From Chrysomallon squamiferum (taxonomy: Eukaryota; Animalia; Mollusca), in contig CM022671.1 of assembly GCA_012295275.1 (NCBI GenBank), positions 6,262,001 to 6,326,000 of the forward strand: a stretch of 64,000 nucleotides of DNA. The letters run 5' to 3'. The position numbers and the translations under genes were made by a program. Positions 38,061-59,549 of the stretch are shown one piece after another (the stretch's first letter is position 1; every line of letters starts with the position of its first letter). The notes below the pieces were generated by a model, which was not told the origin of the DNA, made no database searches, and saw nothing but the letters and a program-made list of their open reading frames with translations.

Positions 38061-38204
38061 TGTTACTTTATCGAAAGCGTTTCGTGAAATATGCTTGAAG
38101 AATATTATTTTAAATTTAAATGTTACTATTCAATGAACGTTCCGATAAAACTAATTATTACATTTTCACTAAGCAGTTGATAATTAAAATTTTGATATTA
38201 CTGA

Positions 38205-38335
38205 GATTACGTCTGATTTCAAATCTAAAACTCCGCCCTGTCTGAACCGCAACTGTGTGTTTGTGACGTCAATCAATTGTCAACGTCTGTTTTATTTCTC
38301 GAAACGATGACGTCATCAATCGGTCACGTCCATAC
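38205..38335. promoter_or_regulatory. Orphan promoter or enhancer-like island with two perfect CRE sites and a GC box
   Basis: TGACGTCA at 38264-38271 and 38308-38315 (extended palindrome GATGACGTCATC), further ACGTC half sites, and CCGCCC at 38233-38238. Confidence 0.45.
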
Positions 38336-38904
38336 TTATTCTGTAAAATTACATTACTTGAATGATAACTTATAAATAGATTTATATAAAAGACACTGTA
38401 AATAAATAAATAAATAAATAAATAATATTCATTTTAATAATATCAATATTTTGCCTTTCAAGAAATAAACTTAATGGAATTAAATTAAATAAATGAGTAA
38501 ATTACGATAATACATAAATAAATAAATAAATAAAAATAAATAAATAAATAAATTTTATTTACATATTCTGTAAATACTAAATTTACTTATCGTATTGTAT
38601 ACTGTTAGGGGATGTAACAGCTTTCTCTCGCCGGCTGTTAATATCACAAGTGTAGATGAATACATGAAGGCCTTTTTTGAGGTTATTCAGTTTATTATTA
38701 TTATTATTATTGTTGTTGTTGTTGTTGTTGTTGTTGTTTTGTTGTTGTTTTTGTTGATGTTTTAAGGAGAAGAAAGGAAAAGCAACATTACCGGAATATT
38801 ATTAAGAAGCAATGTTTTATACAATTTTTCAGAATGTAATAAACTAAAATTTCTCCGAACGAAATCTTTATAATAGCATAACTGTCAACTGTAGCATATG
38901 CATG

Positions 38905-38953
<49 letters not shown>

Positions 38954-39439
38954 TCTTTTTTTTTTTTTTCTTTAACAAAAATTAATGCTTTTTACAAATG
39001 CATGAAAAAGTCTAAATTCTGTGAAAAGGTTTAAATGAGCAAACGAAGATCAGAATTAGGTGAAAAATATATTTTTATTTACAGTTTCATATATTTTGAT
39101 ATCAAGAATACAATATCAGTAACTGGACATTATTTTATAAAATCATCTATCTAAAAACTAATATCTTACTAACATTCCACTTACAATGGAAATATTCAGT
39201 AAAGTGTTTATATATATAAAAAAATTGTGTCGATAAAAATGGAAACAAATATTAAAATTTATTAAACAGGTTTTATATTCAAAAATGTAATAATATCTTA
39301 ACATTTCGGCACACTAAATACATGTTTTAAGTACATTTTTTCTTGCCATTGAAACTAAAACTTTCTAAATTTCATCTGATGGCTGAAAATATTCAGTTTT
39401 ATTCAGCATCATTCATTTTTGTTGGTGCATGTTTACAGC

Positions 39440-39474
<35 letters not shown>

Positions 39475-39741
39475 ATTTTGTTTAGAACTAAGATTTAACT
39501 TCATATATTTATTTAAAAAAATAATAATAAAATAAAAATTGTTTAGAACTAAAATTTAACTTCATGATATTTATTAAAAAGCAAAAAAAAAAAAAAAAAC
39601 ATACGCACATCATTCATACCCGATATAATATTATACTTTAAAATAACAAATGCATTTTACAAAATTGAGAGGAGTCTTCTGATTGGTCAAACATTTTGTT
39701 AGCTTGTTTTTGACAGGTTAATAATTGCAAAGTCTCAGCTA

Positions 39742-47225
<7,484 letters not shown>

Positions 47226-47242
47226 CTGAAAAAAGTACAATG

Positions 47243-48140
47243 TTTGTATGTATGTATGTATGTTTGTATGTATGTATGTATGTATGTATGTTTGTATGTA
47301 TGTTTGTATGTATGTATGTATGTATGTATGTATGTATGTATGTATGTATGCATGTATGTATGTATGTGTGTGTGAGTATGTGTGTGTATGTATGTATGTG
47401 TGTGTATGTATGTGTGTGTGTATGTATGTATGTATGTATGTGTGTGTATGTTTATGTATGTGTGTGTATGTATGTATGTATGTATGTATGTATGTATGTG
47501 TGTATGTATGTGTGTGTGTATGTATGTGTGTATGTATGTGTGTCTGTCTGTATGTATGTATGTATGTATGTATGTATTTTGTATGTATGTATGTATGTAT
47601 GTATGTATGTATGTATATATGTATATATGTATGTATATATATGTTATATGTATGTGTGTATATATGCATGTATTATGTATCTTGTATATATGTATGTGTG
47701 TATGTATGTATATATATGCACACATACACACATACTTACATATGTATACATAGATAAATACATGCATATATACATAGACACAGAAACATACCCATAATTA
47801 TATTGTTAGTGTGTGTGTACATATACATGTTAATATGTATGTATGTATGTACATGTATATATGTTTGTATTATATATGTATATGTATGTATGTATGTCTG
47901 TATATATGTATGTATGTATGTTGTATGTATGTATATATGTTGTATTTATGTATATATGTATGTATTATATATGTTGTATGTATGTATATATGTATGTATA
48001 TATATATGTATGTATAATATATCTTGTATGTGTGTATGTATGTATATATATATACACGCATACACACAAACTTACATATGCATTCATAGATATATACATG
48101 CATATATACATAGACACACAAACATACCCATAATTATATG
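47243..48140. repeat. (TATG)/(TG)n microsatellite region with a duplicated block of about 120 bp (47677-47803 and 48019-48139)
   Basis: Both copies end in catgcatatatacatagacac..aaacatacccataattata. Confidence 0.8.
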
Positions 48141-49059
48141 AGAAAACAGATTCACAAAAACACATCTATATGTTTAATAAATCAAGTTTAATACAAATGA
48201 GGACTTTTTAAATATAACAATAATAATTTTAATGTATGTGTGTGTGTGTATAATAATATATGAAGAAGAAGAATAAAAAGAATATGTGTGTAGTAATAAT
48301 GATAATAAAGCAATCAAATAAAATAAAGCACCAAAAAAAAACAATAATAATAATTAATCATCAAGTTTAATACATGAGCACAAAATAAAACAACATAATA
48401 ACAACAATAATAATTAACAATAATAATAATAATAATAATAATAACAACAACATAAGCAATAAAAATAAATAATAATAATAATGATAACAATAATAAAATA
48501 ATAGTAATATTAATAATAAATTAAACATAAACAATAACGATAATAATAATAATAATAATAACAATTCGTGTATATCTGCTGGACAAGATTTTGAGTTTAT
48601 ATAAAACGCAAACAGATAATTAATTTTTGTGGATATAGTATTGCTTGTTCGTTATTTAATATGCACGTATGGACTATAATATAATTTTAATGTTTATATC
48701 TTTCAGGTCAAAATGATATAATAAGCCGTAGAGTTCAGAAATAACCATTAAAGAAATTGTAGGACAGTGTTATATATATATAGGCCACGACAATGAATAT
48801 AGTGAAACCATAAGGGTGTTGTCATAAAGTGATAAACAGAATAATTTATCAGCCTTAAATGTTAAAAACAACTGTTGGAACTAAATCATAAATCAGAAAC
48901 CGAAACAGTTTGGTATACATTTTGTAACTAGTATTTATCGATACGCGCCTAATAAATGTTCCGTGTGGGCCGGATTTTGTAAATATGCAAGCCTGTATTG
49001 TTATAAAGCCTAAAATAACAAATTACAATATATATATATATACATTTGGTTGCACCTAC

Positions 49060-49290
49060 CTTGCTCCTGTTCGATCCAAACCCCTGGATTCGTGAATTTT
49101 GTACTGGGTAGGTTTTTTATTTATATATTTTCGTTAATAATCCGGTCTTTTGACGTGTCTTTTCGTCTACTAGTAACGGTTCAACCCGTCCCCATGTTTT
49201 TCTCTAAAAATACACACCCTCAGCTGCATGCCTGCTTAGATATAGATTTCTGTTAAACTCGCCTAATACACTGCAAGTTTGTCGCCAAAC
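49060..49290 (-). other. Probable non-coding first exon (5' UTR) of GPCR paralog A
   Basis: Donor AAG|GTAGGT at 49060/49059 in a CpG-containing island. The coding exon begins with an acceptor immediately before ATG, so an upstream exon is required. Paralog B has an equivalent arrangement. The 5' boundary is approximate. Confidence 0.55.
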
Positions 49291-49336
49291 CAGTTCTGCC
49301 GGTGTGGTTATTAATAGAACAATGGGGCAATCCCGC
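49281..49336 (-). promoter_or_regulatory. Candidate core promoter of GPCR A (TATA-like CTATTAATA on the minus strand)
   Basis: gtcgccaaaccagtt...tattaatag...ggcaatcccgc aligns with 61179-61228 upstream of paralog B. Confidence 0.45.
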
Positions 49337-52300
49337 ATATCTACGAACACCGCCGAAGCGGAACGAAGATTTGACGTTTGCAATTACATTGTGTAAATAG
49401 TGTTGTGTGCGTGAAATGGGTTTTAAAACAGGATAGTATAAATGGCGACGAACGAAAATAAAAAATGTTAGGACTATTAACGACAGAAACTAAATAGTAA
49501 TAAATAAATAAATTAATTAAATTAAATTGATTCGACAATCTTAAATGTTTCTCTATTTCTTTCTTTTACCTCACAGTCTCACTAAAATATCTCACTTTCT
49601 CACTTTTTTTTTATCTGACCACTATTACAATAAATCAGATATAATTTATAACAAATTTCAAACTATTTTTCATATTTTATATTTACCTTACTAAATGTAA
49701 GGTTTTTAAAAAAAAATAAGTCTATAGACTCATTGAGTTGTTCCTCCACACGGAAATCTTTAGTAAAAGGCGAAAGATTTATTCTGTGCAGAGAAACAGA
49801 GTTACCGTTATTTGTCTTGATCAGTTTCTATGAAATAATTTCGCCTGCCGTTCTGCGCTGGTGGGTTCTTTCAACATTTTCTTCTTATATTAATTTATCT
49901 GTGGTTTTAAATATGGAAACTAATATAAACAAAAATAGAAAGAGGTATTAATAATAAAACGTACAATTTGTAAAGGCTACGTTTATAATTATACTGATTG
50001 CTTAAAAAAAAACCTTCATAATCATTAAACTGAACAATATAGTTGTACCTGTTTCAAACCAGTGACTCGGTCAAATACGACTTTTTGCTATAATAAATAG
50101 GGAGAATAAAAACAAAAGGAAAGGAAAACAAAAATTGTGACAAAATGTACTTTTTTTTTTTTTTTTTTTTCCAATTCCAAATGTACTCTTTTTTCATCAT
50201 ATGGATGTTTGATTGTTGTCTAGCTTTCGTTCTGTTATAAACGAGTCTCATGCTCATGTTGCGTAAAACTGAAAATTGTGATTTAGTGCACGAAATGAGC
50301 ACAAATGAACACATAAATAAAGAATGTTCTTAATTCTGACACGAAAACATCTAGTTATGCAGCTTTATTTATTTATTTATTTATTTATTTTTAATATTTC
50401 ATGAAATGTCATTTAGTGTCATCTGGATGGAAGCAGCTGTCATGATCCCGATTGTACAAGTGGCACAGTATTTTATTTTATTTTGTTTTGTTTGTTTATT
50501 TGTTTATTTATTTATTTATTTATTTATTTATTTTATTATTACCTTATTATTATTATTATTATTATTAATATTATTATCATTGTTGTTACTGTTGTTTGTT
50601 TCGATCAGATTTGCACCATGTCTTCCACCTCTACGTGTACAAGCACGTGCATGTCTGAGTATTAATATGAGCGTGTTTACTTACACGTGCATTTGTGTAT
50701 ATGCACGTATTTTCTCTGAATTTATGAGTTATGTGTGTTTTTAGATACGTGACTATGTGTGTGTGTGTGTGTTCGAACGTATGTCTGTATATACGTACAC
50801 GTGTGTTTGCATGAGCCCTTTAGTTGTTTGTGTGTGTATTTATGCAAGGAAAAATATTCTAATCAATCTCAGAGCTGAAAAGCTCATTTAATCCCAAACT
50901 ATCAAGACACAAATAAAAATGAAAATGTAATTTATTGCATCCAACATATATATATGGTTTGTATGAATGTATGAATGTTTGTGTGAATATGTATATATGT
51001 CTGAATTTTATATATGTATGCATATGTGACTGTAAGAATGTATTTCTGTACATGTATGCATGTATATGTATTCATGTATGTTTGTAGGTAGGTACAAACG
51101 TAAACAAGTACATATGTATATGTGTTTCTAAGTACGAATGTTTGTATGTATTACAGAGTACCTGGACGTATGTGTATGTTGTGTTTGTGTATTTATTTGC
51201 TTTAGTGAATGTTAGGTATATATATAAATTCAAGACAGGATGTTCTGTATGTTAAATAGTGCACTTCATGGCATCGATTCATTTGTCGCTGCTTTGACTG
51301 CAAACTGGCAGCCTCGGCAAATAAGTTAAGAATCCCGTTTGTTTCCTTTGTGTTTACAAACAGATGAGGGGTGTGTTGTATTGTTCGAGTGTGCAGTCTT
51401 ATTTCTAAGAGGACACACATCTCGAGATTTAGTATTCTTTTCACTGATGGTGATTCTGTTTCGGTTCCCATAACGATTTACACAACTGACAAGTCATTGA
51501 ATTTTTATTTTTTTTATTTTTATCCAAATGTTTCATTCTTTAAGCAATAAAATGTTGATTTCTTTAATAATTTAATGCTCAGTGCTCTCTGCTAAGTAAG
51601 AGTTTGTTAACTCTGTAGAAATAAAGTTCAGCAGTTCAGCTGCTGTTGTTGTTCATAATGTCTACACCTAGGCGTCTGGAATTCAAATGACCGCTGTTGC
51701 AGTTGTGTAGCTATTTATTTATTCCAAATAAATGACATCATATAACGGATTATGTTATTACTTTATATAAATTTGTACGGTATATAAATTTCGGATTGTT
51801 GTGAGAAGAGTATTCCGTTCTTTTATAAATACTTTCCACTATAACATAGGGTATAGCATTATATTTATGTTAATTACAAAACAGTGCCATTTTTCGAGGA
51901 TGTAATCATTAATTTTTCGTATTTTTTAAATGTGGATAATTTCGTTAGGAAATTTCGTGTGTAGTTTCAACCAATCTTTCAGAATTCATTGTCCACAAAT
52001 GATTATTTATTTATATAATGAAAATGGAAAGAAAGAAAGAAACGACGAAATAAAGAAAGAAAGAAACAATTAAATAAATAAATAAATAAATAAATAAAAC
52101 AAATCAGTAAATAAATAAATGAACAGACAAAATAAACAACAAACAAATAAGTAAATCTGAAAGCAGAAAACACGGTAAAATGTTAAAAAAAAAAAGAACT
52201 AAATTTGAAAACAAAACCATGGTTTAGAAAATAGTATATACATTTATTCACATCATTATTATATGTAAAACACGGATATCGTATACCAGTATATTATATA

Positions 52301-53762
52301 CAACAAAAATATTGACATTAATATCTAAGTATTTTAGTATCTAAGTATCACTTTATATAAACACACTGCTTTATATTAATATCGATATATCCAGTAACAT
52401 ATCTATTTCTAGTTTACCTTTTTGATTGCTTAGGTTAAATAATTTCTAAAAATAACTGGTGAAATAATTAAATATGAGATTTTATATACAGACATTCTAA
52501 CATCGTTACGTCATTAAACAGTTGGCAGCTATAGCGATGTTGACTAAGTAATACATGTTAACGGATTTAATTATAACACAGAAATAGTGGTAGAGAAAGT
52601 ACCACAAAAAAATATGTAATAATTTTAGACAAACAACATATATGTGTAGATGTGGGTTTTTTTTTGGGGGGGGTTAAAATATAGTCTCAGCTTAATAATA
52701 ATAATAATAATAATAATCATAATCATAATCATAATCATAATCTGATCACTGAATTCTTTCTGTGCAAAAATAAATATTTTTGATAAACCGTAGTAATGGG
52801 CATTTTGCGGTACTTCGCGGTATGTCTTTATTTTAATTATTTATTGCGAAGGTAGATCATACAATAAAGACTTTATCTGAAATTATATATGCATTAATCT
52901 GTTGCGATACAATGAAAGAGGAGACAACCCACCAAGGCAAATTTAAAAATACACCAAAGAGATTGATAATACATTAGCGATATTTCGCAGACGCAGAAAC
53001 AGCAAGCAGATTTCCCAGTTTCTTTCCTACCTTTTGTTTTTAATTATTGATTTATTTCATCTGTTTATTTTATTTTACTTTACTTTACCATACTTTACGC
53101 TATTTATTTATTTATTGTTTGTTCGTTTATTTAAATTATTTAAATTTTAATTTAATTTAATTTAATTTTTTTTTATTTATTATTTTATTTATTTATTTTA
53201 TTTTATTTTATTATATTTATTTATTTATTTATTTATTATTTTATTTTATTTTATTTTACTGATGTATTTATTGTCTGATAGACGATGTTAAAGTCATGCC
53301 TATAACACATGAATGTAATTAAATGTTCACTTGGCTCTGTTCCTAATCGTTCGCATACCGTCCATTTTTCACCCTTACAAAATTAAGCTATACAAATTTA
53401 TGTCATTTTCACAATAACCATTTCCTTTCTCCGTTAAACAGCACATTCTCATAAAACTTTTATCTTCTGGAGAGTTCACCAATCACACGATAACAGACAC
53501 AGAAACGGTCAGAAACTTAAAAAATAATTTGAACGAGACAACTGTTATATATATCTTTGTTATGACTGATCCTCAACAAATGCAGATTGTGTCACGTGAT
53601 TAGAAACGCCGCCATCATCACAAAGCGCCGAGATTCTGTTGAGATCCGTAATGTGTACCTAAAAATAAAAATAATAATACAATTTTATTAATACCCTCTC
53701 TGTGCGTGCGCGTGTGTGTGTGTGTGTGCGTAAAATTTTTGTTTTAAATATTTGATACTCAC

Positions 53763-54009
53763 GTCTTAGTGTTCCTTTGGCAGACCTAGTTCCGTACGCC
53801 ATTTCCGACTGTGTTCGTCTCCGTTCGGAATATCTTCCGGTAAGGTCCGGGTTCATCCGTAACACTCTACCCGAAGTGGCATATTCAGACTGCGCTTTCT
53901 TATACAAGTGAGGATTTGTAGTACTGTACGTACTACCAGGGTGACGAAGTCGGGTGGCAACTAAAATTAAATAATAAACACCAGTTATAAATCTTCTCAG
54001 TCCCTTAGC

Positions 54010-54071
<62 letters not shown>

Positions 54072-55992
54072 TTTAAATTAATTTATTAATTACTAGCTAG
54101 TCATTCATTCATTTATTTGAATAACTGTCTGAGTTTTTGACATGAACAACTTACGTGGGTCACCAACAGCAACAGGTTCCGAATAGATTCCTTGATTGTT
54201 GACGTAAATTACCGAATTGGGTCTACTTTTGTAACTAGGTGGCGCCATAATTACTGAGCCTGCGTAGTATGTATCTCTGTCGTCTTCCATGTACAGCGAT
54301 TCTTGACTCATGTTTACGAGTTGTCGAACCTGATCGATAAGAGAAAAAAGAAAAGAAGTAAATAAATAAATATATACATGTTGTAATATAACAGTGTTAA
54401 AAGGACAGTTTTTAAAGATATATTTTTAAAAAGATAATAAATAAAACATTAAGACTGCAGTCTGAAGTCGTAGCATTGTCGTAAGCTGCAGTTGTAGTTG
54501 TAACAGCAGTAATAACTATGACAACGACAACATTAATAATAGAGAGTAAAACGAAAATTGTCTGTCTTAGTAGTAGTTTAATAAAAGAAAAGAAGAAGGA
54601 GGAGGAAGGAGGAAAGAAGAAATAATAGTAGTAGAAGAAGAAGTAGAAGAAGAAGAAGAAGAAGGAGAAATAATAAGAAGGAGAAGAAGAAGAAGGAGCA
54701 GAAGAAATAGAAGAAGAAGGAGCAAAAGAAGGAATAATAATAATAATAGAAGTAGAAGAGAAGGAGAAGAAGAAGAAGAAGAAGAAGGAGCAGAAGAAGA
54801 AGAAGAAGGAGAAGAAGAAGAAGGAGAAGAAGAAGAAGGAGCAGAAGAAGGAGAAGAAGAAGGAGAAGAAGAAGAACGAGAAGGAGAAGAAGAAGAAGAA
54901 GAAGAAGAAGGAGCAGAAGAAGAAGTAGAAGAAGAAGGAACAGAAGAAGAAAAAGAATTGTTCAAATATTCTAATCTCTCTGTAACGTCACCTTGGGAAC
55001 AAACATGATGAAGAGGATGCACGTGGCCGTCACGAAGAGGCCGAACGCGATGCAGCCGTCGCAGAACTCGTGGGCATTCTTGTGGTTTTTGTTCAGCCCG
55101 CCGACAAGAGTCCACGCCAGCCAGACCGGGATGCTGAACCCCGCGGCTATTCCGATGAACACCGACTCCCGGTGATTGGTAGCGATCCCGTGAGCCTTGA
55201 ACGCCAGGAGCGTGATGACGAGGATGAGGAACATGACGTAGATGAGCGACAGAAGGTGGTTCTCGAACTCGTTGCGCACAAACGTCTTCATGTCGCTGTA
55301 GCCGTCCTTCACTGCCCACGTATAGTGGTTGCAGATCCACACCTTGGTGTTGTTGTTCGACGTCACCTGTGGGAAAGAGAAACGGTGAGAGTAAGTTTGT
55401 TTTGTTTTGTTTTGTTTTGTTTTGTTTTGTTTGTTTGTTCGTTTTGTTTTGTTTTGTTTTGTTTGTTCGTTTATTTGTTCGTTTATTTGTTTGTTTGTTT
55501 GTTGATTTGTTTGTTTGTTTGTTTGTTTGTTTGTTTGTTTGTTTTCATTATTTGTTCATTGTCATTATTTTTGCAAAAGAACATTATTTATTTATTTTTT
55601 TTTATTCATTTATTTATTTATTTATATATTTATTTATTAATGTATTTGTTCATTTTTATTTATTTATTGATGTTTTCTTTGTTTGTTTGTTCATTTATTT
55701 TTTGTTTGTTTGTTCATTTATTTTTTATTTATTTGCTATTTGTTTATTTATTTATTTGTTTATTTTTTATTTATTTATTTATCAATATTTACTCAAACTT
55801 TTACTATTACTACATTATTATTATTATTATTACTGTTATCATTATTATTAACATCGATCTCGTATGACGGCGAAGTACAGGAATATTAAAAGATAACATT
55901 TCCAAATATTTATTATATTTCTATTATAATATAGGATTTCTTTTTTAATTGCAAAAAAAAAAAGAAGCCCTGCTATAATATAAAAAATAAAA

Positions 55993-56036
<44 letters not shown>

Positions 56037-56074
56037 TATAATAAAAATATAATAAAAATAAATAAAAAAATAAA

Positions 56075-56115
<41 letters not shown>

Positions 56116-58621
56116 GTAAATGAATAAATGTCCAGCTTACCCTGACCGCCTCTGGTGGGACGGAAATGAGCCACTGTGCGTCTATGACTACCTGTATTCC
56201 CACAGCAAACATGAACATGAGGAACTGGTACACGCCCTTCAGGTTGTTCTGCGAGTCCACGTCGCCAGGGAGGAGCGAGAGCGACGACGACTTCGACGTC
56301 AGAATGACCATCAGCTTAACGAGGAGGACGGCAAAGCAAAAAGCGTAGCTGACTCCGACGCCGAATCGCGTGATCCCACACGTGGCTTTCGTTGGCACGA
56401 AGATGTAGGCGAAGAGAGTCATGTAGCAGAGAAAGATGCCGAACAGCAGCAGCTGCCCCAGCCACATCGTTCTCCACCTGTGGCCCATGCGCGTGCCAAG
56501 CAGACGATAAAGAATGTAGATCTCGAACACGATGACGGCTAAAACGCCCAGACCGGCCAACACTCCAAGGGCGATAATCCATCTTTGCCCCACTTCGAAA
56601 CGAGTCATGTTTTCCTCGGGAGTTCTTTCTACAAACGTGATCGGATACGACCCTGTAATCTCCTGCCCCACGGGGAATTTAATGAACGAGTAGTTCCCGG
56701 CTTGCGTCGTGTCTGGCGTCGTTGATAACCGTCACTGCTTGTGTCGTGGCTGCAGTGCTTGGTGCCGACGTCGTAGTTTGAAAAGCGGAACACTGACTAC
56801 AAGGTGAAGGACATTCAGTCTTCCCGTATTTGTCAATGTTAAAATTTCTTCCCAGATCACCTAGCGTCAAGTGTTTACCTGGCTGCCAGTCGGCCAGCTG
56901 AAATAAACAAACAGTGGATTAATGTGTGTGTGTGTCTTGTCTGTTTGTGTGCGTACGTTTACACATGTGTTTGTTTTATAAATGAAAATATAAAGATTTT
57001 TATTTTCAAAAATAAATTGATGATATAAAATGCTTTTAATTTGTTTTTAATTATAATTTTACTTAATGTATATGCCTGTGTATCTGTTATATATATATAT
57101 ATGTTTTTGTTTTTATTTTATTAATATTATTTTGTTTTGTTTTTTCAAACTAACCTTCACGTACTGTCCTCGGACTACTGTGTACACTTCGTATTTGGTG
57201 AAGTTGTCAGCCACGTCGCCAGTAACGTAACTAGTCCCGCTGACTTTCGTGTTGAAATAAAACTCGTCGTTCGCGGCTTTGAAGTGCTTGATACCAGAGA
57301 AAATGGAAGGTCCTCGGTTGCGAATGTTCATGAGGTAGGTGCACAGCTCGTACGTCCCAGTACACGCTGACGTCGCGGCGTCGAACACGCCTTGCATGAC
57401 GGCTCTCACAGCTATAATTGTGTAGGGAACAAACTCGTTAATTTTTGACGTTTTCAGAGACTGCGAGTTCAAGTCGCACGTCTTGTTGCCTGTCGTTTTG
57501 CATCCCCATTTCTTCTCCCAGTACTGAACAAACAGGTCCTTAGAGAACGAGGACGAGTCGTTGGGCATCAAGCCTCGCCAATGCTTAGTGAATGCATCCA
57601 CCTCTGGCTTAAAAACCTCGGGAACCTTTCTGCTGACGACGATGCTGTTTTCGGCAGCGTCGGCAGCCTGTTTTATCACATCCGGGTTCCTGCCCCACGA
57701 AGACGTCCCGAAGAATATCAAAACGTCTTTCGCGGATCTGCGGACTCCAGAAGGCGAGTAATCCGCCTGGGCGGCTTTCAGAAGATTCCCGACGGTGTCG
57801 GAGTCACCGAAAACAACAACGTAGTGAACGGTGCTGTTCTTCATCAGTTTCTCTATCACGTCTTTGTAGTCGCCGTTTGCAGCGATTCTCTGAATGATGC
57901 AGATTCCGGCGTAATTAGCGTGAAGCTCGAAACTCTTCAACGAGTCTTTTCCGTCCACGCTGTCCTGGTACACCGCCTGAACGTACTTGGTGCGCAGAAC
58001 GCTCTTCAGGATCCCCGAAAGAATCATGACGTCATTCTTGACCGATGGAACGGTTCTCAGAAAGTACGGGTACTTTCTCGCGTCGCCCAGTTGCTCGGAT
58101 GTGGCCGCGTTGCTCACTGACGTCATCTTCATGTCGAGAAGCAGATCGGCCGCGGCCGTGGCCTCCGTGTTTCTCTCCGGACCAACGAACGCGAGAAGCT
58201 GTCGTCTGTCGACTCCGGGGGGTTTCGTCCTGCACTGCTCAAATCCCATGATGTTGTCAATGACCTGTTCTTTTCTTCCGCAGTTATCAAAAGCAACACC
58301 GCCAACATCAACTCTGTTATTCACAGCTTGTCCATTCTTTTGTTTAAAACTTAAATTCTGTTTGTAATATCTTATCGCCCAGAAAAAGGCTTCCATGTTC
58401 TGGAGACCTTGCACGTTTATATCGTCGCCGCAGTCGTATGCGTCGGTTCCTTTGTCGTGGACGTCGAACAATCCTCCGATGTAGTAATGATCGCTCGTTC
58501 CTGTAAAAACTGTCTTCAAGGGAGGAATAGAGTTGTCAATACACTGCACCGTATCCGAGCCACATTCCTCTTGAGCAGACGACAGGCAAACAAGGAAGAT
58601 AACTCCTCCCACAATATACAT
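53763..58621 (-). CDS. Class C GPCR (mGluR-like orphan), paralog B; apparent frameshift in the stalk exon; terminal exon not resolved
   Basis: Same exon structure as paralog A: 57155-58621 (ATG after acceptor; signal peptide; flytrap with IGGLFDVH, AFVGPERN, YPYFLRTVPS), 56141-56897 (757 nt versus 753 in A; frame breaks around 56682-56731), 54992-55366 (375 nt, same as A), 54155-54329, 53763-53960 ending at donor C|GTGAGT. Candidate last exons start at 51675 (HA*) or about 52876 (HKVFIV*). Confidence 0.8.
54585..54955. repeat. (GAA/GGA)n purine-rich microsatellite
   Basis: Seen directly, in a GPCR B intron. Confidence 0.9.
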
Positions 58622-58889
58622 CTGTGTGAAAGGAGAGAAGAAAAAAAAAATAAAAAAAATAAAAAAATAAAAAATGAATGAATAAATAAATATATGTGTA
58701 ACGTCACTTATGTGTGTATTCAAATGTTAAAGGTCATTTAATCAAATATGTGGATCAGTGCGTACAACGGGAAACAGAAAAAATAGGTTCAGTGAAATAG
58801 ACTAATCATACAACCAAATCGTGATCAAAGAAATACAAATAAACGGGAATAATAAAAATATCCTGTGTTCAACAGCTCTAAAAACAATA

Positions 58890-58894
58890 AAGCC

Positions 58895-58974
<80 letters not shown>

Positions 58975-59085
58975 CAACAACAACAAAAATATCAATAATA
59001 TCAATAATAATGAGAACAACAACAGTAATAATAATAATAATAGTTATAATAATATTAATCGTAACAACAACAATAGCAATAATAG

Positions 59086-59117
<32 letters not shown>

Positions 59118-59260
59118 ACAACAACAACAACAATAATATCAATAATAATCATAACAACAACAGTAATAATAATAATAATAGTTATAATAATATTAATCAT
59201 AACAACAACAATAGCAATAATAATAATAATAATAATAATAACAATAATAATAACAATAAA
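58890..59260. repeat. (AAT)/(AAC)n compound repeat with an internal duplication of about 140 bp
   Basis: aacaacagtaataataataataatagttataataatattaatc occurs twice. Confidence 0.8.
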
Positions 59261-59549
59261 ACAGTAGTAGTAATATTAACAACAAAAACAGAGAACAGTA
59301 GTGGTAGTAAAAAGGAACAGTAAAAAAATTAATGATAGTTGTAGTAGTGTAGAAATTCAGTAATATGTAATAGTAGTAACAGTAGCAGCAGTGGTTATAG
59401 TAGTGTAATAATAGTAGTGGTAATAGTACTAGTGTAGTGGTAATAATTATAGTAGTGGAAATTGCAACCACAGTTGTAATAATAGTAATTTTACTTGAAT
59501 TTTTCTGTATTTACTCAAAGCCATGTATCATTATCACTGTGATTAAAAA

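Noticed and set aside
56679-56734. Programmed ribosomal frameshift or selenocysteine recoding in GPCR B
   Set aside because: The in-frame stop is TAA, and no slippery heptamer or obvious stimulatory structure is seen.
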